This document shows positions 38,723 to 48,481 of a DNA stretch of 64,000 nt, one piece after another. Positions within the stretch are counted from its first letter, which is position 1. Every line of letters begins with the position of its first letter. A program made the position numbers and the translations under genes. Source of the stretch: Candidatus Binatia bacterium (GTDB taxonomy: Bacteria > Desulfobacterota > Binatia > HRBIN30); the NCBI GenBank assembly GCA_038245295.1, contig JBBRSP010000001.1:320001-384000 (forward strand), read 5' to 3'. The notes beneath the pieces were generated by a model. That model was not told where the DNA came from. It ran no database searches and saw nothing but the letters and a program-made list of their open reading frames with translations.

Positions 38723-39877
38723 TCAAGAAGCCAACGCTGAATACAAGGCCTGGATGAGACGACGGCTGCGATCGTCTCCGGTAAGGCGCATTTGCATTTG
38801 ATTCATCACATACGCGAAGGCGATGCCGCTGTCGGGATCGGCGAAGGCCACCGAGCCGCCGGCGCCGGGGTGGCCGAAACAGTTGGGCGGGCAATCGACG
38901 CCGAGTGCCGGCGGTAACATGAAGCCGAGACCGAAACGGGTCGGCAGGATGATCGTTGCATCGGGTCCGTCCGACTGCACTTCGCGGGCGCGGTCTACGG
39001 TCTCGGGGCGTAACAAGCGCACACCGTCTACTTCACCGATGATGCTGGCGTACAATTTGGCGAGCGACCGCGCTGTGCCAATGCCGTTGGAAGAGGGTAG
39101 CTCCGCGGCATGCACCGCGCGCGTGTTCCAGATGTCGCCGTAGGTCAGATCACCCGGGCCGTTGAGGGCGCGGTACAAGAAGGTTCCCGGACCCATGAAG
39201 CGATCGCGTAGCTCGATCTCGACGGGATCGGTCGGTGGCGCCGCGGCATAGAGAGTCGCCACGTGGGATTCGAGCTGTTCGGGCAAGCCAATGTAGAAGT
39301 CGAGGCCTAGCGGTTCGCCGATGTCACGGCGAAAGAAGGCGCCGGGCGAAAGACCCGTGACACGTCGGATGATCTCGCCGCACAACCAGCCGTATGTCCG
39401 TAAATGATAGCCGTGTTGGCTGTTGGGCTCCCAGGTTGGTGCCTGCTGCTGCAACGCTTCGATCACCGGTGTCCAGGCGAGGACCTCTTCCAGCGTCAGA
39501 TCCTTCTCAACGACCGGCACGCCAGCGCGGTGGCTGAGGACCCAGCGTACCGGGATCGACTTCTTTCCAGCGGTCGCGAACTCGGGCCAGTAGCGTGTCA
39601 CGGGTGCGTCGAGATCGATGAGCCCGCGTTCGATGAGTCGATGCATGCAGATGGCTGTCACACCCTTGGTGGCCGAGAACACCAGCGTCATCGTGTTGTC
39701 TTGCCAAGGTCGTGCCGCTGCCTTGTCGGCGAAACCGGCCCAGATGTCGACGATCGGCTTGCCGTGGCGGTAGATGGCGCACGCGGCGCCGACTTCGCCC
39801 TGGTCGTCGAAGTTGCTGCGAAACGCCTCGGCGATGGCCTCGAAGCCGCGACTCACTGTTCCATGGATGTCCGGCAC
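38723..39877 (-). CDS. Serine hydrolase, beta-lactamase-related esterase (EstA/EstB-like)
   Basis: FSATK (SxxK), LSHRAG, HGYH, FGHPGAGGS; GTG 39877 chosen for its RBS. Confidence 0.9.
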   Translation of the reverse strand: MPDIHGTVSRGFEAIAEAFRSNFDDQGEVGAACAIYRHGKPIVDIWAGFADKAAARPWQDNTMTLVFSATKGVTAICMHRLIERGLIDLDAPVTRYWPEFATAGKKSIPVRWVLSHRAGVPVVEKDLTLEEVLAWTPVIEALQQQAPTWEPNSQHGYHLRTYGWLCGEIIRRVTGLSPGAFFRRDIGEPLGLDFYIGLPEQLESHVATLYAAAPPTDPVEIELRDRFMGPGTFLYRALNGPGDLTYGDIWNTRAVHAAELPSSNGIGTARSLAKLYASIIGEVDGVRLLRPETVDRAREVQSDGPDATIILPTRFGLGFMLPPALGVDCPPNCFGHPGAGGSVAFADPDSGIAFAYVMNQMQMRLTGDDRSRRLIQALYSALAS

Positions 39878-39935
39878 GCCGTCCTTCTTGCGGGCCTGCG
39901 GGCGCCGAGTCAATGGGCGGGGCGGTTGCGAATTC

Positions 39936-40334
39936 CTACGACGCCGACGCGAGGAACTTGGGATTGGCGACGACCAACTTCTCGATCACCGTGCGGCGCA
40001 GATGCTCGACCACTTGCTGACCCCATGGGTCGCTATCGGCGTCGCCGCGTTCAATACGTGCGCAGAGATCGGCGGTGCGCTGGCGGACGAGCCGGTTCGC
40101 CGCGGCCCGTTCGCTGGGCAATGTCTGATCGTCGTCAAGAAGTCGAGCGAGACGCTCCCACTCGGCTTGTCGCTGCGTGTCTTCGTGTTCCAGCTCGCGG
40201 CCGATGATGGCGAGAACGTTCACCGCTACCCGGGCGTGAAATTGCTTGTGGCCCTGCAGCGCCGGCACCACGTCAGTCTCCAGAAAATGCCGCACGGCGT
40301 CGAGTAGCTCGCCGACTCTCGGTCGATCTTGCAT
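39936..40334 (-). CDS. DUF6285-like protein
   Basis: MQDRP...ELLDAVRHFL...FHARVAVNVL...KLVVANPKF; near an APH gene. Confidence 0.75.
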   Translation of the reverse strand: MQDRPRVGELLDAVRHFLETDVVPALQGHKQFHARVAVNVLAIIGRELEHEDTQRQAEWERLARLLDDDQTLPSERAAANRLVRQRTADLCARIERGDADSDPWGQQVVEHLRRTVIEKLVVANPKFLASAS

Positions 40335-40337
40335 GTT

Positions 40338-41069
40338 CTACCTCCCGCGAGGCCCGTAGGCCGCGCAATCTCCGCTGGCGCGTCCGTCGACGCGCGCGCA
40401 GACGAGCGAGCGTCGTGTCGCGACGGCGCCACCCATGCCGCCTTCGGAGCGAATCTCCCCGAGGCCGGGCACCAGTGTGATCGTCGTGACCAGCTCGAAG
40501 TCCCCATCTTGCCCTTGCAGGCGGCGCGAGGTGCGCAACTGCACGGCACGCTCATAGGCACCGCCGCGCCACTGACCCGCCGGCGCGGCGCTGGCGGTCG
40601 TGGTTTGCGTCACCTTCAAGGTGCCCGCCGGAATCGTGCTGCCGAGTTGTGTCATGTAGACGCTGGCGGTCGCCTGCTTCTCGCCGGCCATCAAGGGCAC
40701 CTGGAGATATGGCAACGGCGGGTCGTAGGCGAGGCGCAAGGCGCGTGTGTAGTCGTCTTCGCTGACGATCCACAACGTGTTGCCGTCGTCGTGGATCTGC
40801 ACACGTCCGGTGGCCAGGCCGTCTTCGCTGATGGTGACTTCGAAGTTGCCGTTCTTGTCGAGGGTGCTGATATGTTCGACCTGCAACGCCGACGGTTCGA
40901 AGCCCTGGCCGGTTGCCTGCTCGACGACGAACACAAAGTGATCGCGGTCGCTGTGCGGAACGAGCTCGCGCAGCGAGGTCGCCAGCGGCCTGGTGGCCGG
41001 CTTGACGTAGGCACAGCTCGACGTGGCTAGTGCCGACGCCAGGAGGATCGCCGAGAGGTACACTCTCAT
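40338..41069 (-). CDS. Hypothetical lipoprotein
   Basis: Signal with TSSC lipobox; ATGA overlap with the upstream APH gene. Confidence 0.65.
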   Translation of the reverse strand: MRVYLSAILLASALATSSCAYVKPATRPLATSLRELVPHSDRDHFVFVVEQATGQGFEPSALQVEHISTLDKNGNFEVTISEDGLATGRVQIHDDGNTLWIVSEDDYTRALRLAYDPPLPYLQVPLMAGEKQATASVYMTQLGSTIPAGTLKVTQTTTASAAPAGQWRGGAYERAVQLRTSRRLQGQDGDFELVTTITLVPGLGEIRSEGGMGGAVATRRSLVCARVDGRASGDCAAYGPRGR

Positions 41070-42088
41070 CGCGGTTCCATCAGCTCAAGCAGCTCGAACT
41101 CCATCTCGGCCGTGCGGCGTCCCAAACTCGCGAGCTCGACACTCTGCACATTGCCGTCGAGATAGTTCTTGGCCTGCATGATTGTCATGATGGCCCACTT
41201 CAGGTTGCCAAGCAGCTCCCAAAATCGGACATGTTGCGGGTCGACGGCGGTGCCACTGACTTCGGCGTAGGCACGGAAGAACTCTTCGCGACTCCCGATG
41301 CCGCCGACCGGCTTGTCATCCGAGCCGAAACGCCAGGAACGCACGCACATCCAGCCGAGATCCTCCATTGGATCGCCGATATGAGCTAGCTCCCAATCGA
41401 GAATTGAACGCACACCCTCGGGCCCAAAGATGACGTTGCCGATGCGGTAATCGCCATGGACGACGACACGTCGATCATCGGCCGGTAGGCGGGCCCGTAG
41501 CCAGCGAAAGGCCAATTCGAACGTCGGATGAGGGTCCGGGGCGATCGCACGGTAGATTTGCTCGAATCGATCAATCTCGTTCGCCGCGGCGTTTTCCTCG
41601 GCTGGTGCTTCCATCAGAAACGACAGGTCGTGGCGCCGGCGGTCGATGCGATGGATGCGGGCCAGGATCTGTCCCAACTGGGCCGTCATCACGGATCGTG
41701 CCCGAGCGTACTCGTCGTCGCGCAAGAGTCGTCGCGCCAGCGTCTCGCCCTCGATGCGGTCCATGAGAAAGAAGGGCGCTCCCAGTGTGTCGCGATCGTC
41801 GGCCAGCCAGCGCACGCGCGGCACCGGCACACCCTCGGCGAGGGCTGCTTGCAAGAGGATGAACTCGTCACGACGCTGGCCCTGCACGGCGGCCTTGGGT
41901 GGGTCGCGACGTAGCACCAGGGGCAGTTGCACTTGTTCGGTTCCGTCGCTGTAGGCGACGTCGACGGCCCAGGTCTCGCGCGAAGCACCACCCGGCAAAC
42001 GGCGCAGCCCCGACACCTTGATGTCGGAGCCACCCGTCTGCGCGGCGATGAAGGTAGCCAGGCGCTGTTCGATTTCGTCAGTTGTCAT
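41066..42088 (-). CDS. Phosphotransferase (APH/ACAD10-N-like) family protein
   Basis: GGASRETW, LVLRRDP, VHGDYRIGN, LDWELAHIGDPMEDLGW. Confidence 0.92.
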   Translation of the reverse strand: MTTDEIEQRLATFIAAQTGGSDIKVSGLRRLPGGASRETWAVDVAYSDGTEQVQLPLVLRRDPPKAAVQGQRRDEFILLQAALAEGVPVPRVRWLADDRDTLGAPFFLMDRIEGETLARRLLRDDEYARARSVMTAQLGQILARIHRIDRRRHDLSFLMEAPAEENAAANEIDRFEQIYRAIAPDPHPTFELAFRWLRARLPADDRRVVVHGDYRIGNVIFGPEGVRSILDWELAHIGDPMEDLGWMCVRSWRFGSDDKPVGGIGSREEFFRAYAEVSGTAVDPQHVRFWELLGNLKWAIMTIMQAKNYLDGNVQSVELASLGRRTAEMEFELLELMEPR

Positions 42089-42138
42089 TCAAACGTGAGG
42101 TTCGGATACCCGGTTCATTGCCGCAATATGCGGATGAG

Positions 42139-44289
42139 TCAATCAGCCGGGGTTGTCGCGGCGTCTTCCGTCAGTTCTACGATGCCAGCACCGGCGCGTG
42201 CCTTGAAGAGGAATCGGCAGGCCTGCGGATCGGCGCTGCGGCGCGTGTAGAACCCATGATCCAGGGCGGCGAGGACGTCGCTGACCCTGTCGTCCGCCAC
42301 CAGACTCACGGTGCAGCCACCGAAGCCTGCTCCCGTCAGTCGCGCCCCGACGGCGCCGGCGCCGCGCGTCAACTCGACCAGCTCCTCCAGCTCGGGGCAG
42401 CTGATCTCATAGTCGTCGCGGCAACTAAAGTGCGACGCGTTCATGAGGGTGCCGAGTGTTGCGATGTCGTTTTCGCGCAGGGCCGTCTCTGCCTGGTTTA
42501 CTCGTTGGGCTTCGCTGAGGACGTGTCGTAGGCGTCGGACGATCGCGAACGAATCCGGCAGGCTTGTCGGGATCGCCAAGATGCGCCGTAACTCCTCTGT
42601 GTCGACGGCCAACACGGCGGCCACGCGGGCCAAGGGCAACGGCTCGTCGGGCAACCGGGCCAGGACAGGTGCAAAGAACGAGGGCAGGGGCCTATCCGGA
42701 AAGAGGCGCACTAGATCGCCGAGTGTCGACAGATGGATTTTGGGGCGCTCGTCGGCGAGAGCCTGCTCCAGGACCCGACACGCGAGCTGGCACTCGATGA
42801 CGCGAAGATTATAGGCGTCCTTTGCGATGCCCGCCTTTTCGGCTTGCACGAGGCTGTCGGCGACGATGAAGCCGTAGCCTGCCGGCAGCGGTACGGGCCG
42901 CACGTTCAGCGGGAAGAAGTCGATGCGTAGCGCATGATCGGCCTGCCCCAGCAGGCTGATCGCTTGATCCATGCCGCCGCTCAAGGTGCCGACGTAACGC
43001 TCGGCGCGCGGCAGCATCTCGGCGAGAGCCATCTTGTCGATTGTCGCGTCGTTGGCGCGCAGAAGTGTCAGCGCGCTTGCTACGACCAGGGCGGAAGAAG
43101 ACGACAATCCCGCGCCAGCGGGGATGTTGCCGTCGATGAGCAGGGTCGCCCCACTTTTCAAAGCGGTACCGTTGCCGACCAATCCCTGCGCCGCCGCCTT
43201 CACATAGTTGGTCCAGCTCCCCGCCACGTCGGCGGTAATCTGGTCGCTTATCTCGAAGCAGCAGTCGGCGAACCGCGGATCCACATTCGACGCCGTCACC
43301 AGGCGATCACGGCGTCGCGATGCCGCCATGAGAACACTTCGATCGATCGCCATCGGCAATACCGGCAAGCCATTGTAGTCGGTATGTTCGCCGAGCAAGT
43401 TCACGCGCCCGGGTGCGCGGGCGACAAACTCAGGTCGCTGCCCGTGCTGTTGCGTGAACCGAGCGACCAGCTCTTCGATCCGTGACGCTTCATGATTCGT
43501 CACAGACGCGTCGGCACCAGACGAGCGCCCACGCCCGACGCCCGACCCGAAACGCTCGACTAGTGTATAGGCTGTTTGCGCGACGGCGAGATCCTCTGGT
43601 GTTCCGATGTCACTCCAGAAGCCGTCCAGCGCCATCGCCCGCACATCACGCTTGTCCTCGATCATGTTGGTGATGGCTTGCGGCAGCTCATATTCCCCAC
43701 GTTCGGAAGGACCGAGAGCATCGATGTACCGCCAGACGATCGGAGCGCAGATGAAAATGCCGGCGTTGTTCCACGGCGTTGAGGACGTTCCGCGCGGCGG
43801 TTTCTCGATGAGCTGCGTCACCCTGTCGTCAGGATCGATGTACACGGCGGCGCCGCGCCACGGATCTTCGACCCGGTTGAGGCTGAGGAGGGCGTCGGCG
43901 TTGTGCCGACGGTAGGTGTCGACCAGTCGCGCATACTGCGACGGTTCGATGACCACATCACCCCAGGAGACAAGGAACGGCTGGTCGTCGGCTGCAGCGC
44001 GTGCCAGTTGCACCGCGCGCGCGGTGCCGTCGGCGATGGATTGTCGCCGATAGGTCAAGCGCATGCCGAGTGCCGCGCCGTCGCCAAAGTAGCGTTCGAT
44101 TTGATCGCCGCGATAACCGACCACGATGACCGCTTTGTGAATACCGGCGGTGCGCAAGCCGAGCAGGATGTGCTCGAGAATGGGCCGCCCCTGCAGCGGC
44201 AGCAGGGGCTTCGGCATCGTGTCCGTCAGCGCGCCCATGCGCGTGCCGCGTCCGGCGGCGAGGAGTACGGCGATCACGCCGGCGTTCAT
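42139..44289 (-). CDS. Sugar-phosphate nucleotidyltransferase fused to a galactokinase (GHMP) domain
   Basis: LAAGRGTRM..PKPL, SERGEYEL, WSDIGTPED; then APGRVNLLGEHTDYNG, AGLSSSSA, GGMDQ, GARLTGAGFGG. Confidence 0.88.
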   Translation of the reverse strand: MNAGVIAVLLAAGRGTRMGALTDTMPKPLLPLQGRPILEHILLGLRTAGIHKAVIVVGYRGDQIERYFGDGAALGMRLTYRRQSIADGTARAVQLARAAADDQPFLVSWGDVVIEPSQYARLVDTYRRHNADALLSLNRVEDPWRGAAVYIDPDDRVTQLIEKPPRGTSSTPWNNAGIFICAPIVWRYIDALGPSERGEYELPQAITNMIEDKRDVRAMALDGFWSDIGTPEDLAVAQTAYTLVERFGSGVGRGRSSGADASVTNHEASRIEELVARFTQQHGQRPEFVARAPGRVNLLGEHTDYNGLPVLPMAIDRSVLMAASRRRDRLVTASNVDPRFADCCFEISDQITADVAGSWTNYVKAAAQGLVGNGTALKSGATLLIDGNIPAGAGLSSSSALVVASALTLLRANDATIDKMALAEMLPRAERYVGTLSGGMDQAISLLGQADHALRIDFFPLNVRPVPLPAGYGFIVADSLVQAEKAGIAKDAYNLRVIECQLACRVLEQALADERPKIHLSTLGDLVRLFPDRPLPSFFAPVLARLPDEPLPLARVAAVLAVDTEELRRILAIPTSLPDSFAIVRRLRHVLSEAQRVNQAETALRENDIATLGTLMNASHFSCRDDYEISCPELEELVELTRGAGAVGARLTGAGFGGCTVSLVADDRVSDVLAALDHGFYTRRSADPQACRFLFKARAGAGIVELTEDAATTPAD

Positions 44290-44310
44290 ATGCAGCGCGA
44301 TGCCGAGGTC

Positions 44311-45195
44311 CTAGTTGCGAGGAATCGGCGTTCGCGATGGGCGCGGCGGTCGGGTCGCGCGGGGCGGACGAGTGGCGCGGGTTGGCCGGGTGGGGGTCAC
44401 CACCGGTGTCGGGGTTGCCGTCGGTGGCGGCGCGGTTGTCGGGTTACCGATGGGTGCTGTCGATATCCGCGCCGGAATGTTGACGCTGATGACCGAGGCA
44501 TTATCGGCGAAGCTGTTGTCGGTCTCCATCAGGAAATCGAGCGGATCGGCGACGTTGACCAGCGAGTACGTTCCGGCGGGGACCGACTCATCCCGGCCGA
44601 CATCGAGCTCGATGTATTGTTCTGGATAGAAGTCGTCGTATACGTCGGTCCATCCGGACGAAATTCCCTGCTGCCCTTCCTGGGTCAGGCAGTTGCCGTA
44701 GACCTGGCGCGTGCCATCGAAGCCGCGCAGCGGCTCGATATCGGTCAGACAAAACGACAACTTCGAAGCGCGGGCGATTTGGGTTCCTGTTGCCGGATCG
44801 TCGGAATCGTTCTTGCGCAGCTGGTACTCTGCAAAGTCGTTCAAATGCCAATGATTGTGGGTGACGTGGAACTCGAACGTGCCGGCGTCGTGGGTGCAAG
44901 AGGTGCCGTCGGACTTCTGGACGATCTGTGTCGCGCGGGTCACCTTCTGGCCGAACTCGGTGGTGACGATCTTCGACTCAATGCGTAGCGGGCCGCGACC
45001 GATGTTGGCGAAATATGAGGTGAAGTAGAGACGGCGCGTACCATTACGCTCGACGACGCGCACACGTTTCGGCGGCAACGACCGCATGTTTGGCAGGACC
45101 AGGGTCGGATCATTCGGATCACACTCTTCGGCGATAGCCGGCGCGATCAGAGACAAAAATACGAGTCCGGCAACGGCCGTGAAACGGAAACTCAT
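44311..45195 (-). CDS. Secreted lysyl oxidase-like protein with Pro/Thr/Arg tail
   Basis: FHVTHNHWH, SKLSFCLTD, QGISSGWTDVY, DPLDFLMETD..N; signal peptide. Confidence 0.82.
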   Translation of the reverse strand: MSFRFTAVAGLVFLSLIAPAIAEECDPNDPTLVLPNMRSLPPKRVRVVERNGTRRLYFTSYFANIGRGPLRIESKIVTTEFGQKVTRATQIVQKSDGTSCTHDAGTFEFHVTHNHWHLNDFAEYQLRKNDSDDPATGTQIARASKLSFCLTDIEPLRGFDGTRQVYGNCLTQEGQQGISSGWTDVYDDFYPEQYIELDVGRDESVPAGTYSLVNVADPLDFLMETDNSFADNASVISVNIPARISTAPIGNPTTAPPPTATPTPVVTPTRPTRATRPPRATRPPRPSRTPIPRN

Positions 45196-45283
45196 CGAGG
45201 ACCTCCTGGTGCAACTTCGGCCGGACGGTACCTCACGCGCGCGACGGTAAGCAAGCCACTTAGCCTGCAATAATCAGCGGGTT

Positions 45284-46909
45284 TCAGCCAAAGCTGTCGA
45301 CCAGTTGATTGAGGATTGTCTCCCGTTCGTTCTCGTCGGCCGAGCCGAGAAATCGCGCCAGTAGGGCCGCGTCAAGGTGGTGGCGTTTGAAGAAGCCCGC
45401 TGAACGCTCGTTGAGGGTCGCATCGTGGGGATTGGCGAGCAGTCCGCCGATGTAGGTGTTGAGTGCTTCCGGGAGTAGGTTCGCTTGCTCGTAGGCCAAG
45501 GCAAGGTGCACCGTGCCGATGGCGTCGCCGCTGCGCTCGCTCAACCCGCGCCGCAGGTAGTCGATCGCCGCGTCGATGTGCCCGGCTTCGCGTTCCATGG
45601 CGCCCGTGTTGATGTCGATTTCGGGGATTCGATAACTGTGGACGCCCCAGGCGTCGCTCCACGCGAGGACGATGCCGAGTCCGGCGAGCGCCGCACTGAG
45701 GACGATCGTGCGTCGATCACGCCACGTCGTCCTGACGCTTCGTACGGTGAGGCCGGCCAGCAGCAGCAGGCTGGGCAGCATGATCAGGCGAAACCGCCCG
45801 TTGGTAAAGAAGACGACACACGTCATCAGGGCGATGCTGACCGGCGCCATAAGGACCGGCACACTCTTGCGTCGCAGCGAGGGTAGTCCGGCCAGGGCGA
45901 AGGGCAGTACCATGCCAAAGCTCAGCGGCAGCGCCGGCAATCGGAACAACCAACTGTAGGAGCTCTGCCAATCTGGATCCGACGTGTTGGGCAGCTCACG
46001 GTTGGTGAAGGTCCATACGAGCTTCTTGAACCCGAGGGCTACCGCGGCCCACGGGTTGTCGCCAATGAACTGCTCCGCTTGGTTGCGAAAAAGGCGATCG
46101 GCGAGGCGCGCGTCGCCGCCGGCCGTGGTGCGAATGGCATCAGCCGTTGGCTCCAGTTCCGGGGTAATGAACGGGCTGACGCCGTCGGCATTCGGGTTGT
46201 TCCCGAGCCACAGATTCAGGCCGCCGCTCTGCGGCAGCCATGCCGACGAGGTGCCGCTGCCGGTGTTGAGCGTCAATACGAAAACCAAACCGATTGCCAT
46301 TCCGAAGCCGACGCGGGTGGCAGCGCCGAGGTGCCGGCGCGCCGCCGCGGCGAGCAGCAGGAATGGTAGGCCCACCAGCAGCTCACTGCGCACGGCCACG
46401 GCAAGCCCCCAGATCACCCCGGCGATGATCCACTGCTCGGCGGCCAGGCCGGCAAGCGCCGCGATGACCAGGAAGACAGGCAGGGTCGCCGGGACAAGCT
46501 CGCCGCACGAGAGGATCAGCGGCCCGTAGAGGGCGGCGAGCAGCGCGGCGATGACCCCGGACGGGCGATCGAACAGCCGAGTGCCCAGCGGCACCAGCAG
46601 CGCGGCAGCCGCCGCATCGAGCAACGCTTGGGTCACGTACACGTTGGACAAAGCCGCTCCGCTCAGCCGGTAGATCAGGGCGATGAAGTACGCGTAGCCT
46701 GCCGCCTGCTCGAACGGTGGTCGCGGCGCGTGGCCCTCGAGGATCAGTCGTGCCCATTCGTCGTAGCGTGCGGCATTGGTGACGAGGTTGTCGAAGAACG
46801 GCGCCGTCGCCACCGAGTGCAGGTACGCGAGTCGAACGGCGAGGGCGACGACGAAGATGCTCATCGGAGCTAGCCAGGCGCGAGCCCCGGAGTTTGGCGA
46901 TTCACTCAC
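45284..46909 (-). CDS. GT-C (PMT/ArnT-like) membrane glycosyltransferase with C-terminal TPR
   Basis: Many TM helices, ARYDEWA, GGLNLWLGNNPNADG, RFRL, TPR-like tail. Confidence 0.8.
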   Translation of the reverse strand: MSESPNSGARAWLAPMSIFVVALAVRLAYLHSVATAPFFDNLVTNAARYDEWARLILEGHAPRPPFEQAAGYAYFIALIYRLSGAALSNVYVTQALLDAAAAALLVPLGTRLFDRPSGVIAALLAALYGPLILSCGELVPATLPVFLVIAALAGLAAEQWIIAGVIWGLAVAVRSELLVGLPFLLLAAAARRHLGAATRVGFGMAIGLVFVLTLNTGSGTSSAWLPQSGGLNLWLGNNPNADGVSPFITPELEPTADAIRTTAGGDARLADRLFRNQAEQFIGDNPWAAVALGFKKLVWTFTNRELPNTSDPDWQSSYSWLFRLPALPLSFGMVLPFALAGLPSLRRKSVPVLMAPVSIALMTCVVFFTNGRFRLIMLPSLLLLAGLTVRSVRTTWRDRRTIVLSAALAGLGIVLAWSDAWGVHSYRIPEIDINTGAMEREAGHIDAAIDYLRRGLSERSGDAIGTVHLALAYEQANLLPEALNTYIGGLLANPHDATLNERSAGFFKRHHLDAALLARFLGSADENERETILNQLVDSFG

Positions 46910-47002
46910 AACGTGGGCCTCCTACTTGCTGCGGCATAGTCGTGCAACTGTACCCGTCCGCGGTCGTGCCTTTGGGTCGTCCCTTGTGGTAGCGGGGGGA
47001 GC

Positions 47003-47956
47003 ATGGCTCGTATCCTGATCGCCGGTGCCGGTGCGTTGGGTTCGGTGTTCGGCGGCTTCCTGCAGCGTTACGGACACGCGGTGACCTTGCTCGGGCGCGC
47101 TCCGCATCTGGCAGCGATCGCTACAGGTGGCCTGCGGATCGACGGCATTTGGGGCGAGTGTAGCGTGGACGGCTTCGCCCTGGTCAGCGATGCGGCACAA
47201 CTGGTAGGTCGCTTCGACTGTATTCTGGTGACCGTCAAGTCTTTCGATACCGCCGGGGTTGCCGCGAGACTTGCGGATCATCTGGTGCCGGACGGCATCG
47301 TCGTTTCGCTGCAGAACGGTCTGGGCAACATTGAAGCGCTGCAGGGCGAACTCGGCCCGGAGCGGGTCCTGGGAGGCCGTGTCATCTTCGGTGCGACGAT
47401 CCCACACCCGGGCGCGGTGCGCGTGACGGTGTATGCCGAGCCGGTGTTGCTCGGCGCATGGGGGGAGGCTCCCGTGGGCCTCGCCGATACGGCGCGTGCC
47501 TGGGCTGTCGAGATCACTCGTATCGGAATCCCCACGCAGTACACGGCCAACCTGCCAGCGGCGCTGTGGGGTAAGGTGTTCTATAACGCCGCCCTCAATC
47601 CTCTTGGGGCTCTTCTGGGTGTGCACTACGGCGCGCTCGCCGAGGACGAAGCGACCCGTTCCATCATGGACGAGGTGATCGGCGAAGCCCACGCCGTGGC
47701 CTGCGCGGAAGGCATCTCGCTGCCATGGCCGTCGGCGGCGGCGTATCGCGAGCTGTTTTATGACCGTCTGCTGCCGCCAACCTACGACCACCGTTCGTCG
47801 ATGCTGCAGGACCTCGAGCGCGGTCGGCGCACGGAGATCGACGCGATCAATGGCGAGGTGTGGCGTCGTGGCCAGAGCCACGCCATCGCCACGCCCAATA
47901 ATGCGCTGCTGACACGCTTGGTTCGAGCCCGTCATCATGGCATGGCAGGCCGATGA
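47003..47956 (+). CDS. panE: Ketopantoate reductase family protein
   Basis: GAGALG, VKSFDT, SLQNGLG, WGKVFYNAALN, SSMLQDLERGRRTEIDAING. Confidence 0.9.
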   Translation: MARILIAGAGALGSVFGGFLQRYGHAVTLLGRAPHLAAIATGGLRIDGIWGECSVDGFALVSDAAQLVGRFDCILVTVKSFDTAGVAARLADHLVPDGIVVSLQNGLGNIEALQGELGPERVLGGRVIFGATIPHPGAVRVTVYAEPVLLGAWGEAPVGLADTARAWAVEITRIGIPTQYTANLPAALWGKVFYNAALNPLGALLGVHYGALAEDEATRSIMDEVIGEAHAVACAEGISLPWPSAAAYRELFYDRLLPPTYDHRSSMLQDLERGRRTEIDAINGEVWRRGQSHAIATPNNALLTRLVRARHHGMAGR

Positions 47957-48417
47957 GCGTGACGATCACAGCGGCCACCCAGTTGGCAATCAACACCCAC
48001 GCCGAGCGAACGTATCCAGATGAGTGTTGTGGATTTGTCGTGGCGCGCGATGGACGCGAAGAGGTGCTCGAAATCGAAAACGTCCAGAACGAGCTGCACG
48101 CCAAGGACCCACAGAGTTTCACGCGCGACGCACGCACCGCGTACAACATGCGTTACGCCGACGTGGAGCCGATCTTCGAGGCCGCGTACAAAGGGACCCT
48201 ACGTCTGCGCGCCGTCTATCACTCGCATCCGGAACACGACGCTTATTTCTCCGACACCGACCGCGCCGCTGCCGAGGGGTGGATTGACGATCCCAATTAC
48301 GCCGCGGCGGGGCAGATTGTCGTCTCCGTACGACAGCGTCGGGCGGTCGTCGCCAAGGCATTTGTCTTCGATCCAACGTCGCGCCAATACGTTGACGCCG
48401 CCCTAAACGTGGAGTGA
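47953..48417 (+). CDS. JAB/MPN (M67) metalloprotease, Mec-like
   Basis: YPDECCG and YHSHPEHDAYFSDTD JAMM motif. Confidence 0.9.
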   Translation: MSVTITAATQLAINTHAERTYPDECCGFVVARDGREEVLEIENVQNELHAKDPQSFTRDARTAYNMRYADVEPIFEAAYKGTLRLRAVYHSHPEHDAYFSDTDRAAAEGWIDDPNYAAAGQIVVSVRQRRAVVAKAFVFDPTSRQYVDAALNVE

Positions 48418-48481
48418 GACAGCCGGCGGGGACTGAATCTGGCGCGGTCTCGGTGGGCCTGCTAGGCAGCGGCGCTGCTGT

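Noticed and set aside
38723..39877. Beta-lactamase resistance gene
   Set aside because: Motifs fit family VIII esterase-type hydrolases (GHPGAGG rather than KTG)
47953..48417. JAB protein as part of a CBASS or ubiquitin-like defence system
   Set aside because: No cyclase, E1/E2 or ubiquitin-like gene nearby; context is panE and a CaCA antiporter
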